Shown in pieces: positions 18,058 to 27,272 of a stretch of DNA of 64,000 nucleotides. The DNA lies in NCBI GenBank assembly GCA_035714745.1, contig DASTLR010000003.1, positions 161 to 64,160 on the forward strand, given 5' to 3'. A model generated the notes under the pieces. It saw only the letters and a list, made by a program, of their open reading frames with translations, made no database searches and had not been told where the DNA came from. The DNA comes from Minisyncoccota bacterium. GTDB taxonomy: Bacteria; Patescibacteriota; Minisyncoccia; Phycocordibacterales; UBA6065. The translations under genes were made by a program, and so were the position numbers. Position 1 is the stretch's first letter; every line of letters starts with the position of its first letter.

Positions 18058-19035
18058 CTACTTGCCGTCCCTGATGTCCTTGCCGCCATGGAATTTCTCG
18101 TGGATGTCGCGCAGGCGCTTGTTGGTGACGTGGGTGTAGACCTGGGTGGTCGAGACGTTCTTGTGGCCCAGGAGCTCCTGGACGCTGCGCAGGTCCGCGC
18201 CGCGGGAGAGGAGGTCGGTGGCATAGGTGTGGCGCAGGGTATGGGGCGTGACGCGCTTCGAGATGCCGGCCACCAGGGCGCAGCGCGAGATCATCAGCTG
18301 GATGTAGCGATTGGTCAGCCGGTTGTGGTCCGGATCCTTCGAACGATGGTTGATGAAGAGGGGCTTGGACATGTCCTTGCGCGCGGCCAGGTATCTGCGC
18401 ACCCATTCGGCGGCGTGAGGGGAGATGAAGATGGTGCGGATATGCTTGCCCTTGCCGACGATCGAGAGCTCGTAGGTGCGGTCCTTGGACTTGTCCCGGA
18501 GTATGGACATCTGGTCGGCGTTCAAGGCCGCCAATTCCGAGATGCGCATCCCCGAGGAAAAGAACAGCTCCATGATGGCCCGGTCGCGCAGGCCCGAGTC
18601 GGTCTTGGTATCCGGCACGTCGAGCATCTTCTGGATATCGGACACTTCCAGAAAGGAGATCGTCTCCTCGCTCTTCTGCTTGGCCAGCTTGATCTTTGAG
18701 GAGGGCAGGGACTCGATATCCCGGTCGGCTAGGAAGGCCAAGAGAGCCCGGAGGGCGATCAGGTAGTAGTTCTGGGACTTCTTGCTCAGGTATTCGCCGC
18801 CGGGGGTCTTGTACTCGCGGGCCATGTACAGGCGGTAGTCCCATATGTGCTCGGCGGTCAGCTCGTGCGGCTTCAGGCGCTCCTGGCCGGTCTCTTTGAG
18901 CCAGCGGACGAAGAGGGAGAGATACTGATTGTAATTCCTCTGCGTGTTGTTCGACAACCCTTTCTCGATCTCGCAGTAGTCCAGGAACGGCAGGACGTAG
19001 TCCTTGAGGGGAGTGGAGCTTTGCTTGGCTTTCAT
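18058..19035 (-). CDS. xerC: Tyrosine recombinase XerC/XerD
   Basis: An N-terminal SAM-like domain is present. The catalytic residues are ...R...HTLRHTYATDLLSRGADLRSVQELLGH...Y, and the C-terminal tyrosine is in TQVYTHV. Length is 325 aa. Confidence 0.9.
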   Translation of the reverse strand: MKAKQSSTPLKDYVLPFLDYCEIEKGLSNNTQRNYNQYLSLFVRWLKETGQERLKPHELTAEHIWDYRLYMAREYKTPGGEYLSKKSQNYYLIALRALLAFLADRDIESLPSSKIKLAKQKSEETISFLEVSDIQKMLDVPDTKTDSGLRDRAIMELFFSSGMRISELAALNADQMSILRDKSKDRTYELSIVGKGKHIRTIFISPHAAEWVRRYLAARKDMSKPLFINHRSKDPDHNRLTNRYIQLMISRCALVAGISKRVTPHTLRHTYATDLLSRGADLRSVQELLGHKNVSTTQVYTHVTNKRLRDIHEKFHGGKDIRDGK

Positions 19036-19106
19036 AGTCCTATTTTAACCGATATACATCCTTCGCACAATATATGTAAAACGAAGGATATTTGGCCTTG
19101 AGACGT

Positions 19107-19421
19107 TTATTGCCCCAGCGGCGTATAGCCGGTCTCGCCGATGTTCTTGAGCCGGGTGGCGGCGTTCTCGAGCTCGGTGGGCGCGCCTGCGTCGATGCGT
19201 CCCAGGTTATGGATGAAGGCCTTCCAGAGGATGCCGATGAAGATCTTGTCATAGAAATAGATGATCGGGCCTTTGACGGCGTTCCAGACCGTCTCTATTC
19301 CTCCATAGGCGTAGTGGAGGTTGCTCTGGGTCTGGGGGGCCTCGATGATGGCGCGCAGGTCGTAGCCGAAGAACGACAGGACGATGATGGCGACCAGGGC
19401 CAGGATGATGTATTTGACCAT
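19107..19421 (-). CDS. Small hydrophobic membrane protein, hypothetical
   Basis: The protein begins MVKYIILALVAIIVLSFFGY with an N-terminal TM helix. About 105 aa from the internal ATG; the track ORF extends to 19466. Confidence 0.4.
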   Translation of the reverse strand: MVKYIILALVAIIVLSFFGYDLRAIIEAPQTQSNLHYAYGGIETVWNAVKGPIIYFYDKIFIGILWKAFIHNLGRIDAGAPTELENAATRLKNIGETGYTPLGQ

Positions 19422-19483
19422 GGGTAAAGTATAGCAGAAGAGTAAGTGGAAGAATGCACAGATCATCTACGCTCCGTGCTTTT

Positions 19484-20749
19484 CTAAAGCGCCGGCAGAT
19501 ACGCCATCGGATCCAGATAGCCCGAGGCCGGCGAGGCCACGGTCTTTATGCCCGCGCAGGCCTTGGAGCCGAGGGCCGACGAGTCGACTATCTGGATGCC
19601 GGCGGTGACGTAGAGGCCGAAATGGAGGTGCGGGCCGGTGGCATAGCCCGTGTCGCCGCTGTAGCCGATCAGGTCGCCAGTCACCACCGCCTCCCCAGGC
19701 TTCGCCCTGACCACGGACATGTGCCCGTAGATGGTCGAGAGGCCGTTCGGATGCTTGATGAGGACGTATTTGCCGTACTGGCAGCCGCTGCGGGCCTTGG
19801 TCGGCTCGGTATCCGTCACTACGCCCGACATGGCCGCGTAGATAGGCGTGCCGATCGGAGCGCGGAAGTCCACGCCATTGTGAGTGCCGGTGGTCTTGTA
19901 GAGCGTGCGCGCGGCCGCCGTCTTGCCGAAGTATTGGGTGATGCCGATGTCCGTCAAAGGCCAGGCCAGGACGCTGTGCTTTGCTCCCGGCACGGCGCTG
20001 GCGCTGACGCTCTTGAGCTTTGCCTCGTATTCGGCCAGCTCCTTCTCGTAGGCCGCGCGCTGGGCGATCTTGTCCGCCAGGAGCTTCTTGTAGGCCGCTT
20101 CCCTGCTGCTCGTCTCGGCCAGGAGCTGGTCCTTCTCCTGCTTGCTCACCGCCACCAGCTTGGTCTGGTCCGCCAGGTTCCTCTTGTAGGACTCGAGCTT
20201 GGCCTTTTCCGCGGCGGCCTTTTCCCTCTTGTCGCTCAGGTCGTCCTGGAGGTCGCGCAGCTCGTCGAAGCGCGTCTTTACCCGGGCCTGGACCGAGCGC
20301 AGGGCGTTCACGTAATCCCACATGTCGGAGAGGCTCCTGTCCTTGAAGAACTCCTCGACCGCCGACTGCGACTCGGCCATGGCCATCTGGCGCATGCCCT
20401 CGGCGATCGCCGCCGACGCTCCGTCCACGCGGGCCTCGGTCTCGCCGATCTGGTCGTCCAGCTGCTCCAGGGTCAGGCCGGTCTTTGATATCTGCTTCGT
20501 CGTCAGGCTCAGGTCGGTCTGCAGCTTCTTTTGCGTCAGGTCGAGGGTCTTGACCGCGTTAGAGAGGGTCTGCGCCTGCTGGGAGGCGGAATTGAGCAGC
20601 GTCGAGTATTGGTCGATGAGCTTCTGGGTCTCGACGATCTTTTGGTTCAGGTCGGACGCGGTGTCGCCAAAAGCCCCGGCGGGCATGAGCGCCAGGGAGA
20701 GCGCGAGAGCCGCACCGGCTATGTATGTCCTATAGTTTGATTGAAGCAA
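19484..20749 (-). CDS. M23 family metallopeptidase with N-terminal signal and long coiled-coil (EnvC/murein hydrolase activator-like)
   Basis: A coiled-coil spans aa ~35-240. The M23 motifs are HNGVDFRAPIGTPIYAAMSGVV and GYSGDTGYATGPHLHFGLY. Confidence 0.9.
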   Translation of the reverse strand: MLQSNYRTYIAGAALALSLALMPAGAFGDTASDLNQKIVETQKLIDQYSTLLNSASQQAQTLSNAVKTLDLTQKKLQTDLSLTTKQISKTGLTLEQLDDQIGETEARVDGASAAIAEGMRQMAMAESQSAVEEFFKDRSLSDMWDYVNALRSVQARVKTRFDELRDLQDDLSDKREKAAAEKAKLESYKRNLADQTKLVAVSKQEKDQLLAETSSREAAYKKLLADKIAQRAAYEKELAEYEAKLKSVSASAVPGAKHSVLAWPLTDIGITQYFGKTAAARTLYKTTGTHNGVDFRAPIGTPIYAAMSGVVTDTEPTKARSGCQYGKYVLIKHPNGLSTIYGHMSVVRAKPGEAVVTGDLIGYSGDTGYATGPHLHFGLYVTAGIQIVDSSALGSKACAGIKTVASPASGYLDPMAYLPAL

Positions 20750-22130
20750 TGGCTTTCTCGATCCTTTTGAGGGTTGTCTCTTTGCCCAGTATGGCGCTCA
20801 GGGTGAACGGGTTAGGCGATCTATCCTTGCCCGAGAGGGCGAAGCGGAACGGCCAGAGCACGTTGCCGCGCCCGTTCTGGTCGGCATAGGGCCAGACGGC
20901 GGCTTTGATCTTGTCCTCCTGCCAATCTGAGGGCGCGATGCCGCGCAGCATCTCCCCTACTTCTTCGAGGTGCTTTTTCGCCGGGCCCAAGTCGGCCTCG
21001 TCCTTCCATTTCAACGACAGGGCGTCGTAGGCGGGCTCCATGAAGTAGTAGTCCAGGTCCTGGGATTCTACGAGCCGCGAGATGTCGCCGTAGGTGTTGA
21101 TGCGCTCGATAAGGACGGGCATGAGCCGGGTCAGCATGTCGTCCGATACGTCCCAGCGCAGGTCAGCGGCGCGCGACATCGAGAGGATGCGCCGGCGGGC
21201 CTCCTTGATGAAATCGGCCTTCGGGGCCTTTTTCAGATGCTCCTTATTGATCCAGCGCAGCTTCTCCTCGTTGAAGATGGCGCCGCCCTTCTGCGCCTTT
21301 GACAGGTCGAAGGCTTTGACCAGGCCGTCCAGGTCAAAGATCTCCTGTTCCGTTCCCGGGTTCCAGCCCAGCAAGGCCATGTAGTTCAGGAGAGCGTCGG
21401 GCAGATAGCCCGCGTCGCGGTAATAGGTCATCGATTGTGCGCCGTGGCGCTTGGACAGCTTTGAGCGGTCGTGGGCCAGGACGAGCGGCAGGTGGGCGTA
21501 GGTCGGCGTCGGGGCGCCCAGGGCCTCCTGGATGAGGATCTGCCGCGGGGTATTCGAGATGTGGTCCTCGCCGCGGATGACATGGGTGATGCCCATCAGG
21601 TAGTCGTCCAGGACGACGGCGAAGTGGAAGATCGGCTCGGTGACGCTTTTGGCGATGACGAAGTCGCCCAGCTCGGCGGTGTCGAACTCGATCTCGCCGC
21701 GGATCATGTCGCGGAACCTCACCCGCTTGTTCGGGTTCTTGAAGCGGATGACCTCTCCCCTCTTGCCCGTTCCCTGGCCGTCCCCTTCCTTGTTCTCTTC
21801 CTTCGATATGAAAGCCTTGCCCTCGTCCAGGAGCCGCTGCAGGTGCTCGCGGTACAGCTCGCCGCGCTCGGACTGGCGGTGCATCTCGTCGTACGGCAGG
21901 CCCAGCCATTCCAGGCTCTCCAGGATGTTGTCTTCGTACTCCTTTTTCGAGCGGGCCGCGTCAGTGTCCTCGATGCGCAGGACGAATTTTCCGCGATTCT
22001 GCTTGGAAAAGAGGTACGAGAAGACCGCCGTGCGGTAGTTGCCGGCGTGGAGGAAGCCCGTCGGAGAGGGCGCGAAGCGGGTCACCACGCGGCCGCGGCC
22101 GCCAAAAAAGGCTTTGATCGCTGATATCAT
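20730..22130 (-). CDS. gltX: Glutamyl-tRNA synthetase
   Basis: The HIGH region is FAPSPTGFLHAGNYRTAVF, followed by LRIEDTD. The KMSKS-type motif is KLSKRHG. The track ORF begins at a TTG at 22157 that abuts a terminator hairpin. The first ATG (MISAIKAFF...) at 22130 is the more likely start. Confidence 0.9.
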   Translation of the reverse strand: MISAIKAFFGGRGRVVTRFAPSPTGFLHAGNYRTAVFSYLFSKQNRGKFVLRIEDTDAARSKKEYEDNILESLEWLGLPYDEMHRQSERGELYREHLQRLLDEGKAFISKEENKEGDGQGTGKRGEVIRFKNPNKRVRFRDMIRGEIEFDTAELGDFVIAKSVTEPIFHFAVVLDDYLMGITHVIRGEDHISNTPRQILIQEALGAPTPTYAHLPLVLAHDRSKLSKRHGAQSMTYYRDAGYLPDALLNYMALLGWNPGTEQEIFDLDGLVKAFDLSKAQKGGAIFNEEKLRWINKEHLKKAPKADFIKEARRRILSMSRAADLRWDVSDDMLTRLMPVLIERINTYGDISRLVESQDLDYYFMEPAYDALSLKWKDEADLGPAKKHLEEVGEMLRGIAPSDWQEDKIKAAVWPYADQNGRGNVLWPFRFALSGKDRSPNPFTLSAILGKETTLKRIEKAIASIKL

Positions 22131-22162
22131 GGGTACAGTATACACTCTTCTACCCAAAGCAA

Positions 22163-22184
22163 AAACCGCGTTTTCGCGCGGTTT
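22163..22184 (-). terminator. Rho-independent terminator just upstream of gltX (ends the tRNA-like unit)
   Basis: On the minus strand the sequence is AAACCGCG-cgaaaa-CGCGGUUU followed by UUGCUUUG. Confidence 0.55.
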
Positions 22185-22238
22185 CGGCTCTTGTCAATAT
22201 CCAAAGTATATACTTTTTGAATATTGGGTCAAGCTGCA

Positions 22239-22312
22239 TGGAGGCGACGGGAATCGAACCCGCTCGAACTAATTGACAAGAAGAGTCCGCAGAACCATCT
22301 TGCGCCCCCAAG
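22239..22312 (-). pseudogene. Degenerate tRNA-like element. It has a canonical T-arm and acceptor stem, an Asp-like anticodon loop TTGTCAA, but no pairable anticodon or D stems.
   Basis: The minus-strand sequence is GGGGGCGCAAGATGGTTCTGCGGACTCTTCTTGTCAATTAGTTCGAGCGGGTTCGATTCCCGTCGCCTCCA. The 5' GGGGGCG pairs with CGCCTCC (one G-U). The T stem-loop GCGGG-TTCGATT-CCCGT is canonical. No 5-bp anticodon stem can be formed. CCA is not encoded. Confidence 0.4.
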
Positions 22313-22430
22313 GCAGAGGTTAGTCATGCCCCACCAAAGAGCATCATACGCTAGAGAGATAAAATCCAGATAAAAATCGAGCGGCGTTTTGAGTTAGAGA
22401 ATGAAAAAAGATTTAGTACATGAAAACCTC

Positions 22431-23558
22431 CTACTTAGTGTGCTCCAAGGCTATCTTCAGTATTTCCCGGGCGATCTTGTCGGCGGCGTCCTTGTGAGCA
22501 AAGGCCTGGGCGCCCTTCCTCATGGCCGCGGCCACCTCGGGCTTCTCGATGAGGCGATCGATCTCGGCTGCCAGGACATGGGGCGTCAGATTGACCTCCT
22601 CGATGACCGAGCAGCCCCCGGCCGCAGCGTAGGCGTAGGCGTTCGAGGTCTGGTCGTGGCTGATCTCCTCGGGGATCGGAATGACGATTGACGGCACCTG
22701 CCAGAGGGCGATTTCGAAGATCGTCGAGCCGGCTCGGGAGATGATCACCGAGGCCGCGCCCGCCGCCATGCGCAGGGCCAGGACGTTCAGATAGGCGAAC
22801 GGCTTGTATCTGTCGCGGTGGATGCTCTGGTTCAGGATGACCGCCGCGGTGTTGGTCATCTCGTCGATATTGTCCTTGCCGGTCTGATGGATGACGTAGT
22901 ATTTCTTGACCAATTCAGGCAGGATGCCGATGATGGCCTCGTTGATCTTCTTTGAGCCCTGCGAGCCGCCCAGGATGACGACGACGGGGATCTGGTCGTC
23001 GAGCTTCAGGTAATCGCGAGCGCCCTTCTTGATCGGCTCCATGACCTCCTTGCGCACGGGATTGCCGGTAAAGGCCACTTTGCTCGCCGGGAAATAGGCG
23101 CCGGCCTCGCGGTACGAGACGGCCACCCTCTGGGCGAACCTGCCCGCCCAGAGGTTCACGCGGCCCGGATGCGAGTCGGACTCATGGATGACCACCGGGA
23201 TGCCCAGGAGCCGCGCCGCGAACAGGACCGGGAACGAGACGTAGCCGCCCTTGCCGAATACCACGTCGGGATAGATGTTCCAGACATCGATGACCGCGTT
23301 CATGACGCCAAAGGCGGTCTTGAAGAGGTCGGTGACGTTGCGCAGCGAGAAATAGCGGCGCACCTTGCCGGCGTAGGACGGCTTGTAGACGATGCCGTAT
23401 TCAAAGAGCGCGCGCTCGTCGTAGGGCGACGGCGCCATGTAGTAGAGAGCGGCGTCCAGGAGCTTCTCCTCCTTGGCGATCTTCCTGATCGATTCCGCCA
23501 CCGCCACGATCGGATAGAAATGCCCGCCGGTGCCGCCGCCTGTTAGAAGTATCTTCAT
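22431..23558 (-). CDS. murG: UDP-N-acetylglucosamine--N-acetylmuramyl-(pentapeptide)-pyrophosphoryl-undecaprenol GlcNAc transferase
   Basis: The protein begins MKILLTGGGTGGHFYP. A GT28 C-terminal domain is present. Length is 375 aa. Confidence 0.9.
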   Translation of the reverse strand: MKILLTGGGTGGHFYPIVAVAESIRKIAKEEKLLDAALYYMAPSPYDERALFEYGIVYKPSYAGKVRRYFSLRNVTDLFKTAFGVMNAVIDVWNIYPDVVFGKGGYVSFPVLFAARLLGIPVVIHESDSHPGRVNLWAGRFAQRVAVSYREAGAYFPASKVAFTGNPVRKEVMEPIKKGARDYLKLDDQIPVVVILGGSQGSKKINEAIIGILPELVKKYYVIHQTGKDNIDEMTNTAAVILNQSIHRDRYKPFAYLNVLALRMAAGAASVIISRAGSTIFEIALWQVPSIVIPIPEEISHDQTSNAYAYAAAGGCSVIEEVNLTPHVLAAEIDRLIEKPEVAAAMRKGAQAFAHKDAADKIAREILKIALEHTK

Positions 23559-23573
23559 GGTGATCTTGAGCCG

Positions 23574-24677
23574 CTATTTTCGGAGCCGCGCCGTGCGCGA
23601 TATATTGAGAAGTATACCAGATTCCGCCAGGACGAAGAGCAGGGCCGTGCCCCCCTGCGAGACGTAGAGGAGCGGGATGCCGGAAAGCGGCAGGACGCCC
23701 ACCATGGCCCCGATGTTGGTGAACGACTGGACGATGATGAAGGAGACGATGCCCACCGAGAGCAGGGTGCCGAACTGCGTGTAGGCGGTGACCGCCACTT
23801 TCAGCGAGCGCAGGGCGAAATAGACGAAGAGGCCCAGCAGGGCCAGGGCCCCGATGAAGCCGAACTCCTCTGCCGCCACGGCGAATATCGAGTCGCCGAC
23901 GGGCTCGGGCAGGTACTTGAACTTCTGGATGCTCTGGCCGAATCCCCTGCCCGTCAGCCCGCCCGAGCCGATGGCGATGAGCGACTGCTTGATCTGATAG
24001 CTGGATGCCTGGCTGGCCTCTGACGGGTTCAGGAAGGTCTGGATGCGGGCCATGACGTACGGCCGGGTAAAGGCCAGAAGAGCGAGCCCCAAAAAGCCGA
24101 CCAGGACCAGCGAGCCGATATGCTTCCATCGGCCGCCTGCCGCGATGAACATCGCCGCCAATGCAGCGGCGATGACGATAAATGTGTCGGTGTCAGGCTG
24201 GGCCAGGCAGAGCGCGCCAGTGATGGCGAGCATGACCAGGAGCGGCACGAAGCCCTTTTTGAAGTCGCTGGCCTTGTCCTTGACGAACGATAGCCAGGCG
24301 GCGAAATAGATGATGGCCGCGATCTTCAGCACCTCGGAGGTCTGAAAGGTAAAGGAGCCGATCAAGAGCCAGCGCACCGCTCCGCCATGGTGCAAGCCCA
24401 GGCCAGGGATGAAGATGAGGAGGTTCAGAAAGACAGAGAACACGAAGAATACGAAAGAATACCTGCGCCACTGCAGGTAGTCGATGCGCGAGAAGAGATA
24501 CATGGCCAGGAGGCCGGGCACCAGGCCGAAAAAGATCTGCTTGAAGGCGATCGAGCCGAAATGCACCGAGTCGCGGGCCAAGAGCCCCAGCGAGGCCGAG
24601 AGGAATATGAGAAAGCCCGCCACCACGAGCGAGACGATCGAGACCAAGAGGCGGGTGTCCATCCGTTCCCTGCGCAT
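23574..24677 (-). CDS. ftsW: Peptidoglycan glycosyltransferase, SEDS family (FtsW/RodA)
   Basis: 367 aa, about 10 TM helices, and SEDS conserved segments. It lies immediately upstream of murG on the same strand. Confidence 0.85.
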   Translation of the reverse strand: MRRERMDTRLLVSIVSLVVAGFLIFLSASLGLLARDSVHFGSIAFKQIFFGLVPGLLAMYLFSRIDYLQWRRYSFVFFVFSVFLNLLIFIPGLGLHHGGAVRWLLIGSFTFQTSEVLKIAAIIYFAAWLSFVKDKASDFKKGFVPLLVMLAITGALCLAQPDTDTFIVIAAALAAMFIAAGGRWKHIGSLVLVGFLGLALLAFTRPYVMARIQTFLNPSEASQASSYQIKQSLIAIGSGGLTGRGFGQSIQKFKYLPEPVGDSIFAVAAEEFGFIGALALLGLFVYFALRSLKVAVTAYTQFGTLLSVGIVSFIIVQSFTNIGAMVGVLPLSGIPLLYVSQGGTALLFVLAESGILLNISRTARLRK

Positions 24678-24710
24678 GGGTATAAATATATCATGCCGGG
24701 CAAAGCAAAA

Positions 24711-24737
24711 GGCCGCGACGACGAATCGTGCGGCCTA
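24711..24737. terminator. Stable GC hairpin with U-tracts on both strands, about 35 nt upstream of the ftsW start. A candidate attenuator or terminator.
   Basis: AGGCCGC-(13-nt loop)-GCGGCCT. It is followed by TTTTTT on the plus strand and by UUUGCUUUG on the minus strand. Confidence 0.5.
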
Positions 24738-24950
24738 AGTTTTTTAAGAAGCGAAAGAAGCGCGCTTCGGGGAAAACTGAGAGGGGACGGTGTCCATGCT
24801 CTCCAAAAACCCATCAGGACCTTGTATCTGGCAGGAGGAGACTGGCGTCATATTCGGGACAAACATCGGATCCGCTACGCTTTTGGCGTACAGTCCGGAA
24901 TAGAGCTTCCAATCTGCGACTCGCCGAATCAAAGATCTACTGACATAGAT

Positions 24951-24979
24951 AGTATAGCAGACCCCGTTCCTATTGTCAA
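24951..24979 (-). promoter_or_regulatory. Strong sigma70-type promoter (TTGACA-N17-TATACT) on the minus strand, opening a ~265-nt leader ahead of ftsW-murG
   Basis: The minus strand reads TTGACA ataggaacggggtctgc TATACT. It lies in the dacA-ftsW intergenic region, which contains no credible ORF. Confidence 0.6.
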
Positions 24980-24984
24980 GCACA

Positions 24985-25983
24985 TTAGTACGGCTTAACA
25001 GAGCCGCTATTTTGGGCCAGATAGGCCAGGGTCGACCGGGCCAAGGCTTCCAAATCGGCGAATCTGCCCTCATAGGAAGAGCCTAAAACGGCGATGATCA
25101 AGGGGTGGTCGAGGCCGGCGTTAAAGGCTACGACCACGTTCCCGCCCGACAGGTCGGTGTAGCCGGTCTTTGAGGCGAGGACGTTCGGTATCTCCCCTAT
25201 CGCTTTGTTGGTGTTGCTGGCGGCGTGCACCGCGTTCTTTGACGTCAGGCTGATCTGGCCGTATGAAGTGGCCTCCAGGAGGTGCGGCTTGTGCTTCAAT
25301 ATGAAATCGACGAGCAGTGCCACCTCTCGGGCGCTGCCGTAGCCGCCCGAGACGGTCTGCGAGACGTCCAAGCCCGACTGGTTGTAGAAATAGGCCGTGC
25401 GCAGGCCAATCTCGCGGGCCAGCGAATTCATCTTCTCCACGAAGAGGGCCTGAGGGTCGGTCGAGGTGCTCGAGATGATGGAGCCCCCGGTGGCGGCCAC
25501 CGCCCGGATGCCGTCGTTCGAGGAGGTGATCAGGCTGAAATCGACCAGGTTGCCGATATTCCACTGCTCGCCGATGAGGAGGCCGGTATCCCCTTCCTCG
25601 CGGATGTCGTCGGCGGTCACGCGCACGAGCAGGTAGTCCGGCGCCAGGATCGAGACCGTCAGGGCCGACATCAGCTTGGTCAGCGAGGCCAGCGGGCGGA
25701 CCGCGTCGGCGTCCTTTTCAAACAGGGTCTTGCCCGTCACGGCGTCGTAGACGATGGCCGAGCGAGCCTCGATGGGCGTCAGGGGAAAGGTCGGCAGCTG
25801 GCGGGTGGTCGTGCTGACGGCCACCAGCGGCACGCGGGGCGCCTCGGCCCTGCCGCCCTGGTGAGACCACCACAAAAACAGCGCTATCGCGAGCGCCAGG
25901 AGCGATACTTCGATCTGGGCGATGCGCTTAGGCGACAGGGGGCTGTTCATCGGGTTTCGGTTGCTCGGCGTCTGCCGCGGCAA
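24985..25983 (-). CDS. dacA: D-alanyl-D-alanine carboxypeptidase (serine-type, peptidase S11/PBP5 family)
   Basis: It has a signal/TM N-terminus. The S11 motifs are the SxxK active site in PLASLTKLMSA, SSNDG (SxN), and KTGYT (KTG). Confidence 0.85.
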   Translation of the reverse strand: MPRQTPSNRNPMNSPLSPKRIAQIEVSLLALAIALFLWWSHQGGRAEAPRVPLVAVSTTTRQLPTFPLTPIEARSAIVYDAVTGKTLFEKDADAVRPLASLTKLMSALTVSILAPDYLLVRVTADDIREEGDTGLLIGEQWNIGNLVDFSLITSSNDGIRAVAATGGSIISSTSTDPQALFVEKMNSLAREIGLRTAYFYNQSGLDVSQTVSGGYGSAREVALLVDFILKHKPHLLEATSYGQISLTSKNAVHAASNTNKAIGEIPNVLASKTGYTDLSGGNVVVAFNAGLDHPLIIAVLGSSYEGRFADLEALARSTLAYLAQNSGSVKPY

Positions 25984-26509
25984 AGGCTTCCAGCTCGGCT
26001 TTGACCTTGGCGTAGTCCGGCAGCTCCTCGGCCCGGGTCGCGCCTAGGTGGGCCAAGAGGTCGACGGTCGGGGCGTAGGAGAATCCCCTGCCCTCGCCTT
26101 CGCGGAGGCTCGATCGCTCGACCAGGCCGCGGATCAGCAGGTTGCGCAGGATGAACGACGAATTGACGCCGCGGATATAGTCGATGTCGGCGCGCTTGAT
26201 CGGGCCTTTGTAGAGGATGATGGAGAGGGTCTCGAGGCCGGCCTTGCCCAGGTCGCGGACGAGCTCGTCCTTGGTCAGCTGAGTTATCAGGTCTGAGGCC
26301 TCGGACGCCGTGCGCATCTCGATCTCGGCGTCGGGCCCCTCTCCCAGGCGCATGACGCGCAGGCCGCGGCTCTGGAGGGCGGTTTCGAGAGCCGAAAGGG
26401 CTGCCCGGAGCTCCTCAGCCGTGCAGCCCAGGGCCGCCTGAGCCTTCTTCAGACTGATCGGCTCTCCCTTCCAGAACAGCAGGGCCTCAAGCTTGGTCTC
26501 TAGGGTCAT
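25928..26509 (-). CDS. scpB: Segregation and condensation protein B
   Basis: 193 aa with tandem winged-helix domains (LEALLFWKGEPISL...). The C-terminus is acidic. Confidence 0.8.
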   Translation of the reverse strand: MTLETKLEALLFWKGEPISLKKAQAALGCTAEELRAALSALETALQSRGLRVMRLGEGPDAEIEMRTASEASDLITQLTKDELVRDLGKAGLETLSIILYKGPIKRADIDYIRGVNSSFILRNLLIRGLVERSSLREGEGRGFSYAPTVDLLAHLGATRAEELPDYAKVKAELEAFAAADAEQPKPDEQPPVA

Positions 26510-26522
26510 GGTCTGAGTATAG

Positions 26523-27272
26523 CTAATATTTCGGGACGCCGACAGTCTCGGTCTCCATCTGGATGTCGTCGAAATGGCGCTCCTGACTGACGTTGATGAC
26601 GCCCTGCTTGACCAGCTCGAGCATTGCTAGGAAGGAGACGATGATGTTGACCTTTTCGGCGGGCGCGGCGCTCCCTGCCTGTCCTGCCCCGCCTACGGCG
26701 CCGGCGAACTGGCGGAAGCTCATGCGCAGGTTCTCGGAGACGCGCTGGGTCAGGTTCGTGATCATCTCCTCCAGGCTGATGACCTTGTCGACGACGACCT
26801 TTGGCAGGAACTCGCGCTTGGGCAGGCTGGCCAGGACGCGCCCGGCGGCGGCCAGGAAGTTCTCGGCCGTCATGTCCGCGTCGGGCGAGAATACCGGTTC
26901 CAGGCGGCGCTCGCCGCGGGCAAAGAGGATCCGGGCGCCAAAGAGCGGCTTGATCCTGAGCGACAGCTCGCGCATGCGCTCGTATATGCGCAGCCTGCGA
27001 TTCAGGTCGTCGATCGAGGCCTGCTCCTCGACGGTCAGGTCAAGGGTGGGCAAAAGCGACTTGGATTTGATGAGCAGGAGCGTCGACGCGGTGAGGATGA
27101 ACTGAGCGCTGTCGGCCACGGGAAAATCCGCCAGGTTCTTCACATAGGCGATATAGTCGTCGGCAACTTTGGCGAGCGAGACGTCGCTCACGAAAAGCTT
27201 CCTCTTCTCGATGAGGTCGAGGAGAAGGTCCAGCGGCCCTTCGAAATGCTCCTGTTTGACGGTGAATGCCAT
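26523..27272 (-). CDS. scpA: Segregation and condensation protein A (kleisin)
   Basis: The N-terminal motif is FEGPLDLLLDLIEKRKL. Length is 249 aa. It is adjacent to scpB. Confidence 0.85.
   Translation of the reverse strand: MAFTVKQEHFEGPLDLLLDLIEKRKLFVSDVSLAKVADDYIAYVKNLADFPVADSAQFILTASTLLLIKSKSLLPTLDLTVEEQASIDDLNRRLRIYERMRELSLRIKPLFGARILFARGERRLEPVFSPDADMTAENFLAAAGRVLASLPKREFLPKVVVDKVISLEEMITNLTQRVSENLRMSFRQFAGAVGGAGQAGSAAPAEKVNIIVSFLAMLELVKQGVINVSQERHFDDIQMETETVGVPKY

Noticed and set aside
19454-20488. Plus-strand 344-aa ORF and minus-strand 284-aa ORF inside the M23 peptidase gene
   Set aside because: They are low-complexity Arg/Gly-rich. The real coding frame carries the M23 HxH motifs.
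22239-22312. Possibility that the tRNA-like element is the tRNA-like domain of tmRNA
   Set aside because: The paired 5' and 3' ends are only 71 nt apart, with no room for an mRNA-like domain, and the conserved GGAUUCGAC 5' motif is absent.
24421-24450. A 13-nt match (GAGAACACGAAGA plus AAGAATAC) to the 5' part of the intergenic repeat, located inside ftsW
   Set aside because: It lies within a coding region that encodes a hydrophobic TM segment, and it lacks the hairpin core. This is most likely chance similarity.
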